Notes under the pieces: model-generated
Seen by the model: only the letters and a program-made list of their open reading frames with translations
Databases searched by the model: none
What the model was told of the DNA's origin: nothing
In this document: positions 23,674 through 33,255 of the stretch, piece by piece
Numbering within the stretch: position 1 is the stretch's first letter
Layout of the letters: the number at the start of each line of letters is the position of its first letter
Origin: a virus
Lineage: Duplodnaviria > Heunggongvirae > Uroviricota > Caudoviricetes
Direction: 5' to 3' (one strand)
IMG/VR virus record: IMGVR_UViG_2737471834_000009
Length of the DNA stretch: 33,255 nucleotides
Position numbers and translations under genes: made by a program

Positions 23674-24265
23674 CCGTGAAACGCGCTGTTACAGCGGGGA
23701 AGTGCGGGCAGAACAATATGATAATGCCCCGACTCATATTTTGGGGTATGGCTCGGTATTTAACAGTCGTTCAGAACCTCTGTGGGGATTTCGTGAAATC
23801 ATCAAGCCGGGGGCTTTTGACGACGTGCTGAATGATGATGTACGTGGATTGTTTAATCATGATCCTAATTTCATTCTCGGACGAAGTTCTGCCGGCACGT
23901 TGTCATTATCAGTGGATGAACGTGGTTTGCGTTACGACATTGTTGCACCGGATACGCCGACGATTTGTGACCTGGTGCTGTCACCAATGTTGCGTGGTGA
24001 CATTAATCAGTCCTCGTTCGCGTTTCGCGTCGCTCGTGATGGAGAGAGCTGGTATGAAGACGACGAGGGGATTGTTATCCGGGAAATCACGCGCATTTCT
24101 CGTCTGTATGACGTCAGCCCGGTGACATATCCGGCCTATCAGGACGCAGACTCTGGTGTCCGCTCAATGAAAGCCTGGCAGGAAGCGCGGGCGAGTGGTG
24201 CGCTGAAGAAAGCTGTTAACGAACGAATGGCGCGTGAGCGTCTTTTGACCCTTCTTAATGCATAA
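23666..24265 (+). CDS. prohead protease (HK97 family)
   Basis: About 200 aa, start overlapping the portal stop; position between portal and capsid. Confidence 0.85.
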   Translation: MNDRETRCYSGEVRAEQYDNAPTHILGYGSVFNSRSEPLWGFREIIKPGAFDDVLNDDVRGLFNHDPNFILGRSSAGTLSLSVDERGLRYDIVAPDTPTICDLVLSPMLRGDINQSSFAFRVARDGESWYEDDEGIVIREITRISRLYDVSPVTYPAYQDADSGVRSMKAWQEARASGALKKAVNERMARERLLTLLNA

Positions 24266-24279
24266 GGATACTACTGACG

Positions 24280-25497
24280 ATGAAACTTCATGAGATGAAG
24301 CAAAAACGAAACACCATTGCAAAGGATATGCGTGCACTGCATGAAAAAATTGGTGATAACGCATGGACTGATGAGCAACGGGTAGAGTGGAACAGGGCGA
24401 AAGCTGAGCTGGATGCGCTGGATGAGCAAATCGCCCGTGAAGAAGAGTTGCGCCGTCAGGATCAGGAATATGTGGATGAGTCCGGGCCGGAAGAGCGCCA
24501 GAATAATGAGGCGGAGAACGGGAAAAAGGCGGTGGAAGAGAAGCGCGCTGCGGCATTTAACCGTTTTCTGCGTGCCGGATTTGCAGAACTGAATGCTGAA
24601 GAGCGTAATCTGATGCGTGAACTGCGGGCTCAGAGTGTAACAACGGATTCTCAGGGCGGATATACGGTGCCCACGCAGATGCGTAACAAAATCATTGACA
24701 CCATGAAGGCTTATGGCGGGATTGCCAGTGTGGCGCAACTTCTGACCACATCAACCGGGCAGGATATCACCTGGTCAACGTCTGATGGCACGACTGAAGA
24801 GGGCGAACTGCTGGCGGAAAATACAGCCGCAACGGAACAGGATGTGACGTTCGGGACCGCTATTCTGGGGGCTAAAAAGCTGTCATCAAAAATAATTCGT
24901 GTGTCCAATGAGCTGCTCCAGGACAGTGGGGTGGATATTGAATCTTATCTGGCAAACCGTATTGCCCAGCGTATTGGTCGTGGAGAGGCAAAATATCTGG
25001 TTCAGGGGACCGGAACGGGATCACCGTTACAGCCAAAAGGGCTTGCAGCGTCGGTGACGGGAACCATCCAGACTGCAGCCTCTGCCGCTTTCACCTGGAA
25101 AGAAATGAATGCCCTGAAACATGCCATTGATCCGGCATATCGTGGTGGGCCGAAATACCGCTGGGCATTCAATGATGCCACATTGCAGACTATTGAAGAG
25201 ATGGAGGATGGACAGAAACGCCCGTTATGGCTGCCGGATATTGCAGGCGGTACGCCGGCTACTGTGCTGGGGATCCCTTATGTTATTGATCAGGCTATTG
25301 ACGGGATTGGTACCGGGAAAAAATTCATTTTCCTTGGGGATTTCAACCGATTTATCATTCGCCGCGTTACTTATATGGAACTGAAACGTCTGGTTGAGCG
25401 TTATGCTGAGTTTGATCAGGTGGCATTTCTGGCTTTCCATCGTTTTGACTGTGTGCTGGAAGATGTGGCAGCCATCAAGGCGCTCACTGGCAAATAA
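24280..25497 (+). CDS. major capsid protein (HK97 fold) with N-terminal coiled-coil delta domain
   Basis: 405 aa; charged heptad-rich N-terminal 100 aa followed by the capsid body; terminator immediately downstream. Confidence 0.9.
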   Translation: MKLHEMKQKRNTIAKDMRALHEKIGDNAWTDEQRVEWNRAKAELDALDEQIAREEELRRQDQEYVDESGPEERQNNEAENGKKAVEEKRAAAFNRFLRAGFAELNAEERNLMRELRAQSVTTDSQGGYTVPTQMRNKIIDTMKAYGGIASVAQLLTTSTGQDITWSTSDGTTEEGELLAENTAATEQDVTFGTAILGAKKLSSKIIRVSNELLQDSGVDIESYLANRIAQRIGRGEAKYLVQGTGTGSPLQPKGLAASVTGTIQTAASAAFTWKEMNALKHAIDPAYRGGPKYRWAFNDATLQTIEEMEDGQKRPLWLPDIAGGTPATVLGIPYVIDQAIDGIGTGKKFIFLGDFNRFIIRRVTYMELKRLVERYAEFDQVAFLAFHRFDCVLEDVAAIKALTGK

Positions 25498-25518
25498 CCA
25501 CACGTTGTTCAGTTACAG

Positions 25519-25542
25519 ACCGCGCCGACGCGGTTTTTTTTA
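25519..25542 (+). terminator. intrinsic terminator after the major capsid gene
   Basis: ACCGCG-CCGA-CGCGGT followed by T8. Confidence 0.7.
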
Positions 25543-25574
25543 TGCCCGCACAGTGTTGCGGGCAGGAGTTTCTG

Positions 25575-25892
25575 ATGGCAGCAATAGTGGAAAAACTCAG
25601 GGCACAGTGCCGTATTGATACAGATGATGCAACTGATGATGAGTTACTGATGCTGTATTTCCGGGCGGCCTGCCGCAAGGCAGAAAATTTTATCAACCGT
25701 AAGCTTTATGAGGAGACGGTGCCGGAAGGTGATCCTGAAGGGGTGCTTATAGCTGATGATGTTTTGCTGGCGCTCATGTTGCTGGTCGGACACTGGTACG
25801 AAAACCGGGAAAATTCCTCAGATGTCAGCAAGGCACCAGTCCCGTTTGGTTTTTCTTCTCTGCTGGAGCCTTATCGTTTTATTCCTTTGTAG
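25575..25892 (+). CDS. head-tail connector protein (gp6-like)
   Basis: About 105 aa, first gene after the capsid terminator, RBS AGGAG. Confidence 0.65.
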   Translation: MAAIVEKLRAQCRIDTDDATDDELLMLYFRAACRKAENFINRKLYEETVPEGDPEGVLIADDVLLALMLLVGHWYENRENSSDVSKAPVPFGFSSLLEPYRFIPL

Positions 25893-25900
25893 GAGGAGGC

Positions 25901-26239
25901 ATGCAGGCGGGCAGATTACGTGATCGCGTAATTATTCTGAATGTCACCACCGCCCGCTCTCCGTCAGGGCATCCGGTGGAGACGGTGACGGAGGGAGCTA
26001 CCGTATGGGCAGAAGTCAGGGGGATCAGCGGCAGGGAACGTATGTCTGCTGGTGCAGAAACAGCGCAGGCTACGGTGAGAGTCTGGATGCGTTTCCGGCG
26101 TGATGTGACGGCCGCTTCGCGTCTGAAAGTGCTGACGGGGGCTTATAAGGGAACCATTTTGCATGTTGACGGGCCGCCGATCCCCGATACCAGGTGCAGG
26201 CGGCTTGAATTACTGTGCAGTGTTGGAGGTAAAGGATGA
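25901..26239 (+). CDS. head closure / head-tail joining protein
   Basis: 112-aa ORF with RBS GGAGGAGG; conserved position. Confidence 0.65.
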   Translation: MQAGRLRDRVIILNVTTARSPSGHPVETVTEGATVWAEVRGISGRERMSAGAETAQATVRVWMRFRRDVTAASRLKVLTGAYKGTILHVDGPPIPDTRCRRLELLCSVGGKG

Positions 26240-26685
26240 CGGATTTCACCCTGGATTTTTCTGGTCTGGATGATATTGCCAGAGATCTGGAACTTCTCAG
26301 CAGAGCGGAAAGCAATAAAGTACTGCGTGATGCCACCCGTGCAGGTGCTGAAGTTATCCGGGATGCGGTTGTCGAATGTGCGCCGGAGCGAACCGGGAAA
26401 CTGAAGAAAAATGTGGTTGTTCTGACGAAGCGTTCAAAGCGTCGCGGGGAAATTATTTCTGGTATCCACATTCGTGGTCGGAACATGCGAACCGGTAACA
26501 GTGATAACAGCATGAAAGCCAGCGATCCGCGAAATGCGTTTTACTGGCGCTTTGTGGAACTGGGCACGGTAAATATGCCTGCTCATCCGTTTATTCGTCC
26601 GGCCTTTGATACGACAGAGGAACTGGCCGCACAGGTTGCCATACAGCGAATGAATCAGGCTATTGATGAGGTATTAAGTCAATGA
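26236..26685 (+). CDS. tail component (HK97 gp10-like)
   Basis: 149-aa ORF, start overlapping the upstream stop. Confidence 0.65.
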   Translation: MTDFTLDFSGLDDIARDLELLSRAESNKVLRDATRAGAEVIRDAVVECAPERTGKLKKNVVVLTKRSKRRGEIISGIHIRGRNMRTGNSDNSMKASDPRNAFYWRFVELGTVNMPAHPFIRPAFDTTEELAAQVAIQRMNQAIDEVLSQ

Positions 26686-27026
26686 GGGAGGCCACCCTGT
26701 ATTCCCTGCTGTCGGAACTGGCCGGAGGACAGGTTTATCCTTATGTGGTCCCGCTGACGGAGGGAAAGCCTGCGGTATCTCCGCCGTGGCTGGTGTTTTC
26801 TGTGGTATCTGATGTTTCTGCGGATGTGCTGGGTGGTCAGGCGGAATCAAGAATGACGGTACAGATAGACGTCTGGGCAGATGGACCCGATCTGGCGCGT
26901 GAAATCCGGGAACAGGCGATGTCTGCCGTTCGTCCGCTGGCCCCGTTTGCTGTCTCCCAAACCCAGGGATACGATTCTGATTCTGGCCTTAACCGGGCCA
27001 CGCTGGAATTTCAGGTGATGTATTAA
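26682..27026 (+). CDS. tail completion protein (gp11-like)
   Basis: 114-aa ORF immediately before the major tail gene. Confidence 0.6.
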   Translation: MREATLYSLLSELAGGQVYPYVVPLTEGKPAVSPPWLVFSVVSDVSADVLGGQAESRMTVQIDVWADGPDLAREIREQAMSAVRPLAPFAVSQTQGYDSDSGLNRATLEFQVMY

Positions 27027-27028
27027 TG

Positions 27029-27054
27029 ACCCGCTGCTGGCGGGTTTTTTCTTT
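27029..27054 (+). terminator. intrinsic terminator-like hairpin between tail completion and major tail genes
   Basis: CCCGC-TGCTG-GCGGG followed by TTTTTTCTTTT. Confidence 0.6.
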
Positions 27055-27067
27055 TCAGGAGATGTAT

Positions 27068-27784
27068 ATGCCATCTAATTATGAACGATCCCAGTTGACG
27101 CAGGTGATGATTTCATCCGCTCCCGTAAGGCCTGAAACCGTGGAGAAAGCGGAATACCTGCGTCTGGACTGTACCATCAAGGAAGTCCAGTTTACTGCGG
27201 GTCAGAAACAGGATGTTGACGTGACAACGCTTTGCTCCACAGAACAGGAGAATATCAACGGCCTTGGATCTCCATCCGAGATTTCAATGTCGGGTAACTT
27301 CTTTATGAATCCTGCACAGAACGCCCTGCGTGATGCGTATGATAATGACAGTGTGTATGCATTTAAGGTGCAGTTTCCGTCCGGACGTGGGTTTAAGTTT
27401 ATGGCAGAAGTACGTCAGCATACCTGGTCTTCCGGCACTAATGGCGTGGTGGCTGCGACTTTTTCCCTGCGTCTGAAAGGGAAGCCTTCGCTGTATGTGG
27501 TACCACTGGATTTTGTGCGTAACCTTCCGGAAGCGCATGTGGTGACGACAGGATCATTACTGACGCTGTCTGTTGCGGTCAGTGGAGGTACTCCGCCTTA
27601 CAGCTATACCTGGTATAAAGACGGTAAGGCTGTGGCTGACCAGACTACAGACACGTTCAATAAAGCCGGTGCGCAGACGGAGGATACTGGCGAGTACACT
27701 TGTACGGTGATGGATTCGGCGAATCAGCCTCTGAGTGTCACATCACTGGCGTGTCAGGTGATGGTGAATGCGGTAACCGGATAA
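27068..27784 (+). CDS. major tail protein with C-terminal Ig-like domain
   Basis: RBS AGGAG before the ATG; C-terminal segment with Ig-like signature (TLSVAVSGGTPPYSYTWYKDGK...GEYTCTV). Confidence 0.8.
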   Translation: MPSNYERSQLTQVMISSAPVRPETVEKAEYLRLDCTIKEVQFTAGQKQDVDVTTLCSTEQENINGLGSPSEISMSGNFFMNPAQNALRDAYDNDSVYAFKVQFPSGRGFKFMAEVRQHTWSSGTNGVVAATFSLRLKGKPSLYVVPLDFVRNLPEAHVVTTGSLLTLSVAVSGGTPPYSYTWYKDGKAVADQTTDTFNKAGAQTEDTGEYTCTVMDSANQPLSVTSLACQVMVNAVTG

Positions 27785-27793
27785 GGAAATGTC

Positions 27794-28165
27794 ATGGAAA
27801 AAGATTTAAAAACGCTGGCGCTGTCAACGATGGCGGGGTTTCGTCATAAGACAGTGGTGGTACCGGAATGGGACGGTGCTACGGTAGTGCTGAGGGAGCC
27901 GTCAGCTGAAGCCTGGCTACGCTGGCAGGAGATAGTCAGACAGGAAAAGGGGGAAACGCCGTTGTCCGTTTCGGTACGGGCCCGCCGGGATCTGGAAGCC
28001 GATGTTGAGTTGTTCATTGATGTTTTGTGCGATACCGGGATGAAAAAGGTATTTTCTGCGGGTGATCGGGAACAGGTACTGGCAGTGTATGGTCCTGTGC
28101 ATACGCGACTATTGCGGCAGGCGCTGGAGCTGGTTACTGATGCCGGTGAGGTTAAAAAAAAATAG
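27794..28165 (+). CDS. tail assembly chaperone (lambda G-like)
   Basis: 123-aa ORF ending in the A-run slippery site; followed by an ORF in the -1 frame. Confidence 0.8.
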   Translation: MEKDLKTLALSTMAGFRHKTVVVPEWDGATVVLREPSAEAWLRWQEIVRQEKGETPLSVSVRARRDLEADVELFIDVLCDTGMKKVFSAGDREQVLAVYGPVHTRLLRQALELVTDAGEVKKK

Positions 28166-28467
28166 CCATGCCGGGGATACGTTTTCTGATGATGCTGGCG
28201 CTCCGGATGGGGCGCACATTGTCAGAATTACGCCGGGAAATGTCCGCATCAGAAATCATGATGTGGGCAGAATTTGACAGGTTCAGTCCGCTGGGTGACG
28301 AGCGGGCTGATATCCGGGCTGCCCAGATAGTTTCTGCGGTTTACGGTGCGCAGGGTGTCAAAGTATCACTGAATGATGCGCTTCTTCAGTGGGAGAAGGA
28401 GCAGACAGAAGGCACCTCAGATCCATTTGCCGGACTGGAAAATGCGCTTTTAACCGTATCTCAGTGA
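28150..28467 (+). CDS. tail assembly chaperone frameshift extension (lambda T-like; expressed as G-T fusion)
   Basis: -1 frame ORF continuing from the slippery site; canonical position between the chaperone and tape measure genes. Confidence 0.7.
28154..28162 (+). other. programmed -1 ribosomal frameshift site (A9 slippery run)
   Basis: GTT AAA AAA AAA TAG at the end of the G-like gene; downstream ORF (28168-28467) is in the -1 frame. Confidence 0.7.
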
Positions 28468-28475
28468 GTCGACAT

Positions 28476-28497
28476 AACCGCTTCGGCGGTTTTTTTT
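28476..28497 (+). terminator. intrinsic terminator-like hairpin before the tape measure gene
   Basis: AACCGC-TTCG-GCGGTT followed by T7. Confidence 0.55.
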
Positions 28498-28507
28498 CGT
28501 CCGGAGA

Positions 28508-31500
28508 ATGAGAATGGCGACATTACGTGAACTGATTATTAAAATTTCGGCAAATTCCCGGTCATTCCAGTCAGAGATCGCCCGGGCTTCACGTATGGGG
28601 CAGGATTACTACCGCACCATGCAGAACGGAGGCCGACAGTCTGCTGCTGCATCCCGTGAAATGCGGCGGGCGCTGGCAGAAGTGACGGATCAGATAAATA
28701 CGGCTAAATCTTCGGCACTGAGTATGGCGGGAGCATTTGCCGGGGTTTTTGCCACCGGGCATCTGATTTCCCTTGCCGATGAGTGGAATTCAGTCAATGC
28801 CCGTCTGAAACAGGCGACACAATCCAGTGATGATTTTCAGGCATCACAGCGTGAATTAATGGCAATCAGCCAGAGAACGGGGACGGCGTTTTCTGATAAC
28901 GCCAGCCTTTTTGCCCGCTCTGCAGCTTCCATGCGGGAGTATGGCTACAGTTCTGAGGAGGTCCTGAAAGTCACTGAGGCGATTTCCACGGGGCTGAAAT
29001 TATCCGGTGCCAGTACAGCAGAAGCCAGTTCGGTGATCACGCAGTTCAGTCAGGCTCTGGCGCAGGGAGTGCTGCGCGGTGAAGAGTTTAACGCTGTGAA
29101 TGAGAACGGCGATCGTGTTATTCGTGCTCTGGCTGCGGGAATGGGAGTTGCCCGTAAGGATCTAAAGGCCATGGCGGATAACGGAAAGTTGACCGCCGAT
29201 AAGGTTGTTCCTGCACTGATTAGTCAGCTTGGGGCATTACGTGATGAATATGCGGCAATGCCTGATACGGTTTCATCCTCTGCAACCAAAGTTGAAAACG
29301 CCTTTATGGCCTGGGTTGGTGGTGCGAACGAGGCAAGCGGAGTGACGAAGACGCTCTCCGGTGTGCTGAATGGTATTGCAGGCAATATTGACACCGTGGC
29401 AACCGCTGCCGGTGCTCTGGTTGCCGTCGGGGTAGCCCGATATTTTGGCAATATGGCGTCGTCTGCTGGATCTGCAACTGCCGGATTAATTACTGCAGCC
29501 AGAAACGAAGTGGCTCTTGCTGAAGCGCAACTTCGGGGGACACAGATAGCAACCGCCAGGGCGCGTGCGGCGGTTTATCGTGCGCAACAGGCGGTTGTTG
29601 CTGCTCGCGGTACCGAAAGGCAGGCCGCAGCAGAAGCGAAGCTGACAGCTGCCCAGGCGTCACTTACCCGTAATATTGCGGCCAGAACAGCGGCACAGAC
29701 AACGCTGAATACTGTCACGTCAGTGGGGAGTCGTCTGTTAAGTGGTGCGCTGGGGTTGGTTGGTGGTGTGCCGGGACTCGTCATGCTGGGGGCGACGGCC
29801 TGGTACACGATGTATCAGAATCAGGAGCAGGCCAGAGAATCTGCACGCCAGTATGCCGCAACAATCGACGAAATTCGCCAGAAAACGTCGGCAATGTCGC
29901 TTCCTGAAGCGTCAGATAATGAGGAAAAGACGCGGCAGGCACTTGATGAGCAAAACAGGTTAATTGACGAGCAGAAAAGTAAGATTAAATCCTTACAGGA
30001 AAAAATTGCTGGCTATCAGTATGTGCTGGCAAACCCGGGCTGGACAACCGATAACGGTTTTATGATTAACCACATGACGTCGGTAAAAACTGTCACAGAA
30101 GGGCTTGCAGAAGCAACAAATCAACTGGCAGTTGAACAGTCCCGTCTCACACAAATGCAGGGCAAAGCGCAATCCATTCAGGATGTGCTTGCCGGGCTGG
30201 AGGAGCGACGGGTGGCGTTGATCCGTCAACAGGCCGCGGAACAAAACAAAGCGTATCAGTCCCTGTTGATCATGAATGGGCAGCATACCGAGTTTAATCG
30301 CCTTCTCGGGCTCGGTAATGAATTACTTCAGCAGCGACAGGGGCTGGTGAATGTACCGTTACGTCTGCCACAGGCAACCCTGGATGATAAACAGCAGGAC
30401 GCACTGAAAAAAAGCCAGCAGGCGCTGGAGTTGTCCCGTCTCAAAGGCGAGGCCAGAGAACGCGTGCGTCTCGGATATGCTGCTGATGATCTTGGCTTTG
30501 TCGGCGACAAATATCAGACTGCACGCCAGGAATTCATCAGTACAGGGATGGAGACCTGGCGCAATAATGAGGCGAATAAGCCGAAGAGAAAAGGGCCAAA
30601 ATCGGAAGCTGAAAAAGCAGAAGATGTTTACAACAGGCTGATTAAACAGCAGAAAGAACAGCTTGCACTGGCAGGACAGAATACCGAACTGGCGAAAATG
30701 AAATACCAGGTCAGCCAGGGTGAGCTGACCACCCTTTCGTCTGCACAGAAGCAACTTTTGCTACAGAATGCGGCGCTGATTGACCAGAAAAATATCCGGC
30801 AACAGCTTGCCGCATATGAAGCTAATCTGGCCGATGAGAACGCCAGCCGTCGGTCATCGTATCGGGAAGAACTCACGGGTTACGGTCAGGGTACGCGGAT
30901 GCGGGAGCGCATGCAGGAGGCGTTACGTATTCGTGAAGCGTTTTTGCAAAAAAATCAGGATTTACAAAGACAGTATCAGTCCGGGGATATTACGGAGGAA
31001 CTGTTCCGTCAGGAGAAGGCGCTGAACGCGCAGTACCTGAGCGAGCGTCTGAAGGACAACGCTGAATTTTATGCAGCGCTGGATCAACAGCGCAGTGACT
31101 GGATGGCGGGAATGCGTGAAGGTCTGGCGAACTGGGCTGACAACGCGTCGGATTATGCCGGTCAGATGGCGTCTGCTGCAGGGACTGCAATGGACGGTCT
31201 GGTGAATAATATAACCGAAGCCCTGTCAGGTAACCTTGTGGCATGGCGTGACTGGGCGGCGGCTGTCCTGAAGGAGATCTCCGGAATTCTGATGAGTGTC
31301 GCCATTGTGAACGGTCTGAAATCACTGGCCGGGTCAATGTCTGGTATGGGCGGACTGGCCGGTGGTATTGGTAACTGGTTGTCCGGCGCACTGAAGAATG
31401 CCAGAGGTGGCGTTTACGCATCCGCAGGTCTGAGCGCTTACAGTAACAGCATTGTCGATACACCAACGTATTTCGCTTTTGCGAAAGGGATCGGCCTGAT

Positions 31501-31756
31501 GGGCGAGGCCGGGCCGGAGGCCATCATGCCGCTGGCACGGACGGCTGACGGCTCTCTGGGAGTACGTGTTGCAGGTAATGCCGGCAGTACGGGAGGATTT
31601 GTCTATTCTCCGGTGTACAATATCGCCATACAGAACGATGGCAGCAGTGGGCAGATTGGTCCGGAGGCAGCGAGTGGTCTGGTTGGTCTGATTGACCAGC
31701 GTGTGCGTGCAGTAATGCTGTCCATGCGACGTGACGGGGGGATGCTGAGTGACTGA
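28508..31756 (+). CDS. tail tape measure protein
   Basis: 1082-aa, alanine/glutamine-rich and largely helical; position after the G/T chaperone genes. Confidence 0.9.
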   Translation: MRMATLRELIIKISANSRSFQSEIARASRMGQDYYRTMQNGGRQSAAASREMRRALAEVTDQINTAKSSALSMAGAFAGVFATGHLISLADEWNSVNARLKQATQSSDDFQASQRELMAISQRTGTAFSDNASLFARSAASMREYGYSSEEVLKVTEAISTGLKLSGASTAEASSVITQFSQALAQGVLRGEEFNAVNENGDRVIRALAAGMGVARKDLKAMADNGKLTADKVVPALISQLGALRDEYAAMPDTVSSSATKVENAFMAWVGGANEASGVTKTLSGVLNGIAGNIDTVATAAGALVAVGVARYFGNMASSAGSATAGLITAARNEVALAEAQLRGTQIATARARAAVYRAQQAVVAARGTERQAAAEAKLTAAQASLTRNIAARTAAQTTLNTVTSVGSRLLSGALGLVGGVPGLVMLGATAWYTMYQNQEQARESARQYAATIDEIRQKTSAMSLPEASDNEEKTRQALDEQNRLIDEQKSKIKSLQEKIAGYQYVLANPGWTTDNGFMINHMTSVKTVTEGLAEATNQLAVEQSRLTQMQGKAQSIQDVLAGLEERRVALIRQQAAEQNKAYQSLLIMNGQHTEFNRLLGLGNELLQQRQGLVNVPLRLPQATLDDKQQDALKKSQQALELSRLKGEARERVRLGYAADDLGFVGDKYQTARQEFISTGMETWRNNEANKPKRKGPKSEAEKAEDVYNRLIKQQKEQLALAGQNTELAKMKYQVSQGELTTLSSAQKQLLLQNAALIDQKNIRQQLAAYEANLADENASRRSSYREELTGYGQGTRMRERMQEALRIREAFLQKNQDLQRQYQSGDITEELFRQEKALNAQYLSERLKDNAEFYAALDQQRSDWMAGMREGLANWADNASDYAGQMASAAGTAMDGLVNNITEALSGNLVAWRDWAAAVLKEISGILMSVAIVNGLKSLAGSMSGMGGLAGGIGNWLSGALKNARGGVYASAGLSAYSNSIVDTPTYFAFAKGIGLMGEAGPEAIMPLARTADGSLGVRVAGNAGSTGGFVYSPVYNIAIQNDGSSGQIGPEAASGLVGLIDQRVRAVMLSMRRDGGMLSD

Positions 31757-32090
31757 AATAAAAACGCTTCACCTGGCGCCACGTGAGGGAATGCAGGTAA
31801 CAGAAAAGCCTTCCGTTCTTACAGTGAAATTTGGTGATGGTTATGAGCAGCGTCGACCGGCAGGACTGAATGCGCAACTGAAAACGTTTCAGGCGGTGTT
31901 TCGCGTCACTGATGATGACACACGTCGGTGGTTGTCTGATTTTCTGTCGTGGCACGGAGGATACCGGGCGTTTTTGTGGCGACCGCCAAAGCATAACCGG
32001 ACCCTGCGGGTCGTGTGCCGTGAATGGAGTATTACGGATCATGCTGTATACAGCGATTTTAACTGCTCTCTGGAGCAGGTGGTGAACTGA
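31749..32090 (+). CDS. minor tail protein M (lambda gpM-like)
   Basis: Collinear with lambda M (FGDGYEQRRPAGLNAQLKT...FLWRPP...EQVVN). Confidence 0.9.
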   Translation: MTEIKTLHLAPREGMQVTEKPSVLTVKFGDGYEQRRPAGLNAQLKTFQAVFRVTDDDTRRWLSDFLSWHGGYRAFLWRPPKHNRTLRVVCREWSITDHAVYSDFNCSLEQVVN

Positions 32091-32788
32091 TGCAGAATAT
32101 CCAACAGGAAACACTGAATGAATGCACCCGTGCGGAGCAGTCGGCCAGCGTGGTGCTCTGGGAAATCGACCTGACAGAGGTCGGTGGTGAACGTTATTTT
32201 TTCTGTAATGAGCAGAACGAAAAAGGTGAACCGGTCACCTGGCAGGGGCGGCAGTATCAGGCGTATCCTGTCAAAGGGGCGGGGTTTGAGCTGAACGGGA
32301 AAGGTGCCAGTGCCAGACCGTCTCTGACGGTTTCTAACCTGTACGGCATGGTCACCGGGATGGCGGAAGATCTGCAGAGTCTGGTCGGCGGAACGGTGGT
32401 CCGGCGTAAGGTTTACGCCCGTTTTCTGGATGCGGTGAACTTCGTCAACGGAAACAGTGACGCCGATCCGGAGCAGGAGGTGATCAGCCGCTGGCGCATT
32501 GAGCAGTGTAGCGAACTGAGCGCGGTGAGTGCCTCTTTTGTACTGTCCACGCCGACGGAAACGGATGGCGCCGTTTTTCCGGGGCGCATCATGCTGGCCA
32601 ACACCTGCACCTGGACTTATCGCGGTGATGAGTGTGGTTATAGCGGACCGGCAGTCGCGGATGAATATGACCAGCCGACGTCCGATATCACGAAGGATAA
32701 ATGCAGCAAATGCCTGAGCGGCTGTAAGTTTCGCAATAACATCGGTAACTTTGGCGGCTACCTTTCCATTAACAAACTTTCGCAGTAA
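32090..32788 (+). CDS. minor tail protein L (lambda gpL-like)
   Basis: Near-identical to remembered lambda L (MQNIQQETLNECTRAEQSASVVLWEIDLTEVGGERYFFCNEQNEKGEPVTWQGRQYQ...). Confidence 0.95.
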   Translation: MQNIQQETLNECTRAEQSASVVLWEIDLTEVGGERYFFCNEQNEKGEPVTWQGRQYQAYPVKGAGFELNGKGASARPSLTVSNLYGMVTGMAEDLQSLVGGTVVRRKVYARFLDAVNFVNGNSDADPEQEVISRWRIEQCSELSAVSASFVLSTPTETDGAVFPGRIMLANTCTWTYRGDECGYSGPAVADEYDQPTSDITKDKCSKCLSGCKFRNNIGNFGGYLSINKLSQ

Positions 32789-32793
32789 ATCCC

Positions 32794-33255
32794 ATGACAC
32801 AGACAGAATCAGCGATTCTGGCGCACGCCCGGCGATGTGCGCCAGCGGAGTCGTGCGGCTTCGTGGTGAGAGCACCGGAGGGGGACAGGTATCTTCCCTG
32901 TGTGAATATCTCCGGCGAGCCGGGGGATTATTTCCGGATATCGCCGGAGGACTGGCTGCAGGCAGAGATGCAGGGTGAGATTGTGGCGCTGGTCCACAGC
33001 CACCCCGGTGGTCTGCCCTGGCTGAGTGAGGCCGACCGGCGGCTGCAGGTGCAGAGTGATTTGCCGTGGTGGCTGGTCTGCCGGGGAGTGATTCATAAGT
33101 TCCGCTGTGTGCCGCATCTCACCGGGCGGCGCTTTGAGCACGGGGTGACGGACTGTTACACGCTGTTCCGCGATGCCTATCATCTTGCAGGTATCGATTT
33201 GCCGGATTTTTACCGACATGATGACTGGTGGAAATCAGGTCAGAATCTCTATCTG
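32794..33255 (+). CDS. minor tail protein K (lambda gpK-like, JAMM/MPN plus NlpC/P60), 3'-truncated by window end
   Basis: Hand-translated open frame MTQTESAILAHARRCAPAESCGF...VHSHPGG...; no stop before the end of the window. Confidence 0.85.
   Translation, partial: MTQTESAILAHARRCAPAESCGFVVRAPEGDRYLPCVNISGEPGDYFRISPEDWLQAEMQGEIVALVHSHPGGLPWLSEADRRLQVQSDLPWWLVCRGVIHKFRCVPHLTGRRFEHGVTDCYTLFRDAYHLAGIDLPDFYRHDDWWKSGQNLYL

Noticed and set aside
28508-32875. Long minus-strand ORFs (e.g. 30990-31466, 31524-32114, 32039-32875) opposite the tape measure, M and L genes
   Set aside because: Antisense to strongly supported structural genes, low-complexity R/S/P-rich translations, no RBS context; typical spurious ORFs.

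Overview
The window is essentially one mosaic lambdoid prophage of an enterobacterial (E. coli-like) host, laid out in canonical prophage order from integrase to tail genes. All family assignments are from reading the translated ORFs and DNA by eye against remembered protein and RNA families; no database search was run. Order: integrase and putative excisionase (1-1240, minus); a large exonuclease with a DnaQ-like C-terminus (1307-3748); a Qin-type dicB operon on the minus strand (ydfA, ydfB, ydfC, DicF sRNA, dicB, ydfD and one small unknown gene); a HigB/HigA-like toxin-antitoxin pair (5963-6627) sitting beside the immunity region; a DicA-like repressor, a Cro/YdaS-like and a YdaT-like gene; an O-like replication initiator carrying two internal iteron arrays plus a P-like helicase loader; a block of seven uncharacterised nin-region genes (9511-13242) with a 19-nt junction element repeated three times; a hok/mok type I toxin locus; a lipoprotein moron; a DUF968 (YdfU-like) gene, RusA and a Q antiterminator followed by a pR'/tR'-like unit; four tightly packed tRNA genes, one of them atypical; a phage-21-type lysis cassette (pinholin, extra gene, SAR endolysin, Rz/Rz1); HNH endonuclease and terminase small/large subunits; HK97-type head genes; lambda-type tail genes with a G/T frameshift site, tape measure, M, L and a truncated K. 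No single locus can be proven novel from sequence alone. The best candidates for accessory or undescribed function are the toxin-antitoxin pair at the rexAB-equivalent position, the nin-region block with its repeated junction cassette, the hok/lipoprotein moron region, and the structured region around the tRNA cluster.
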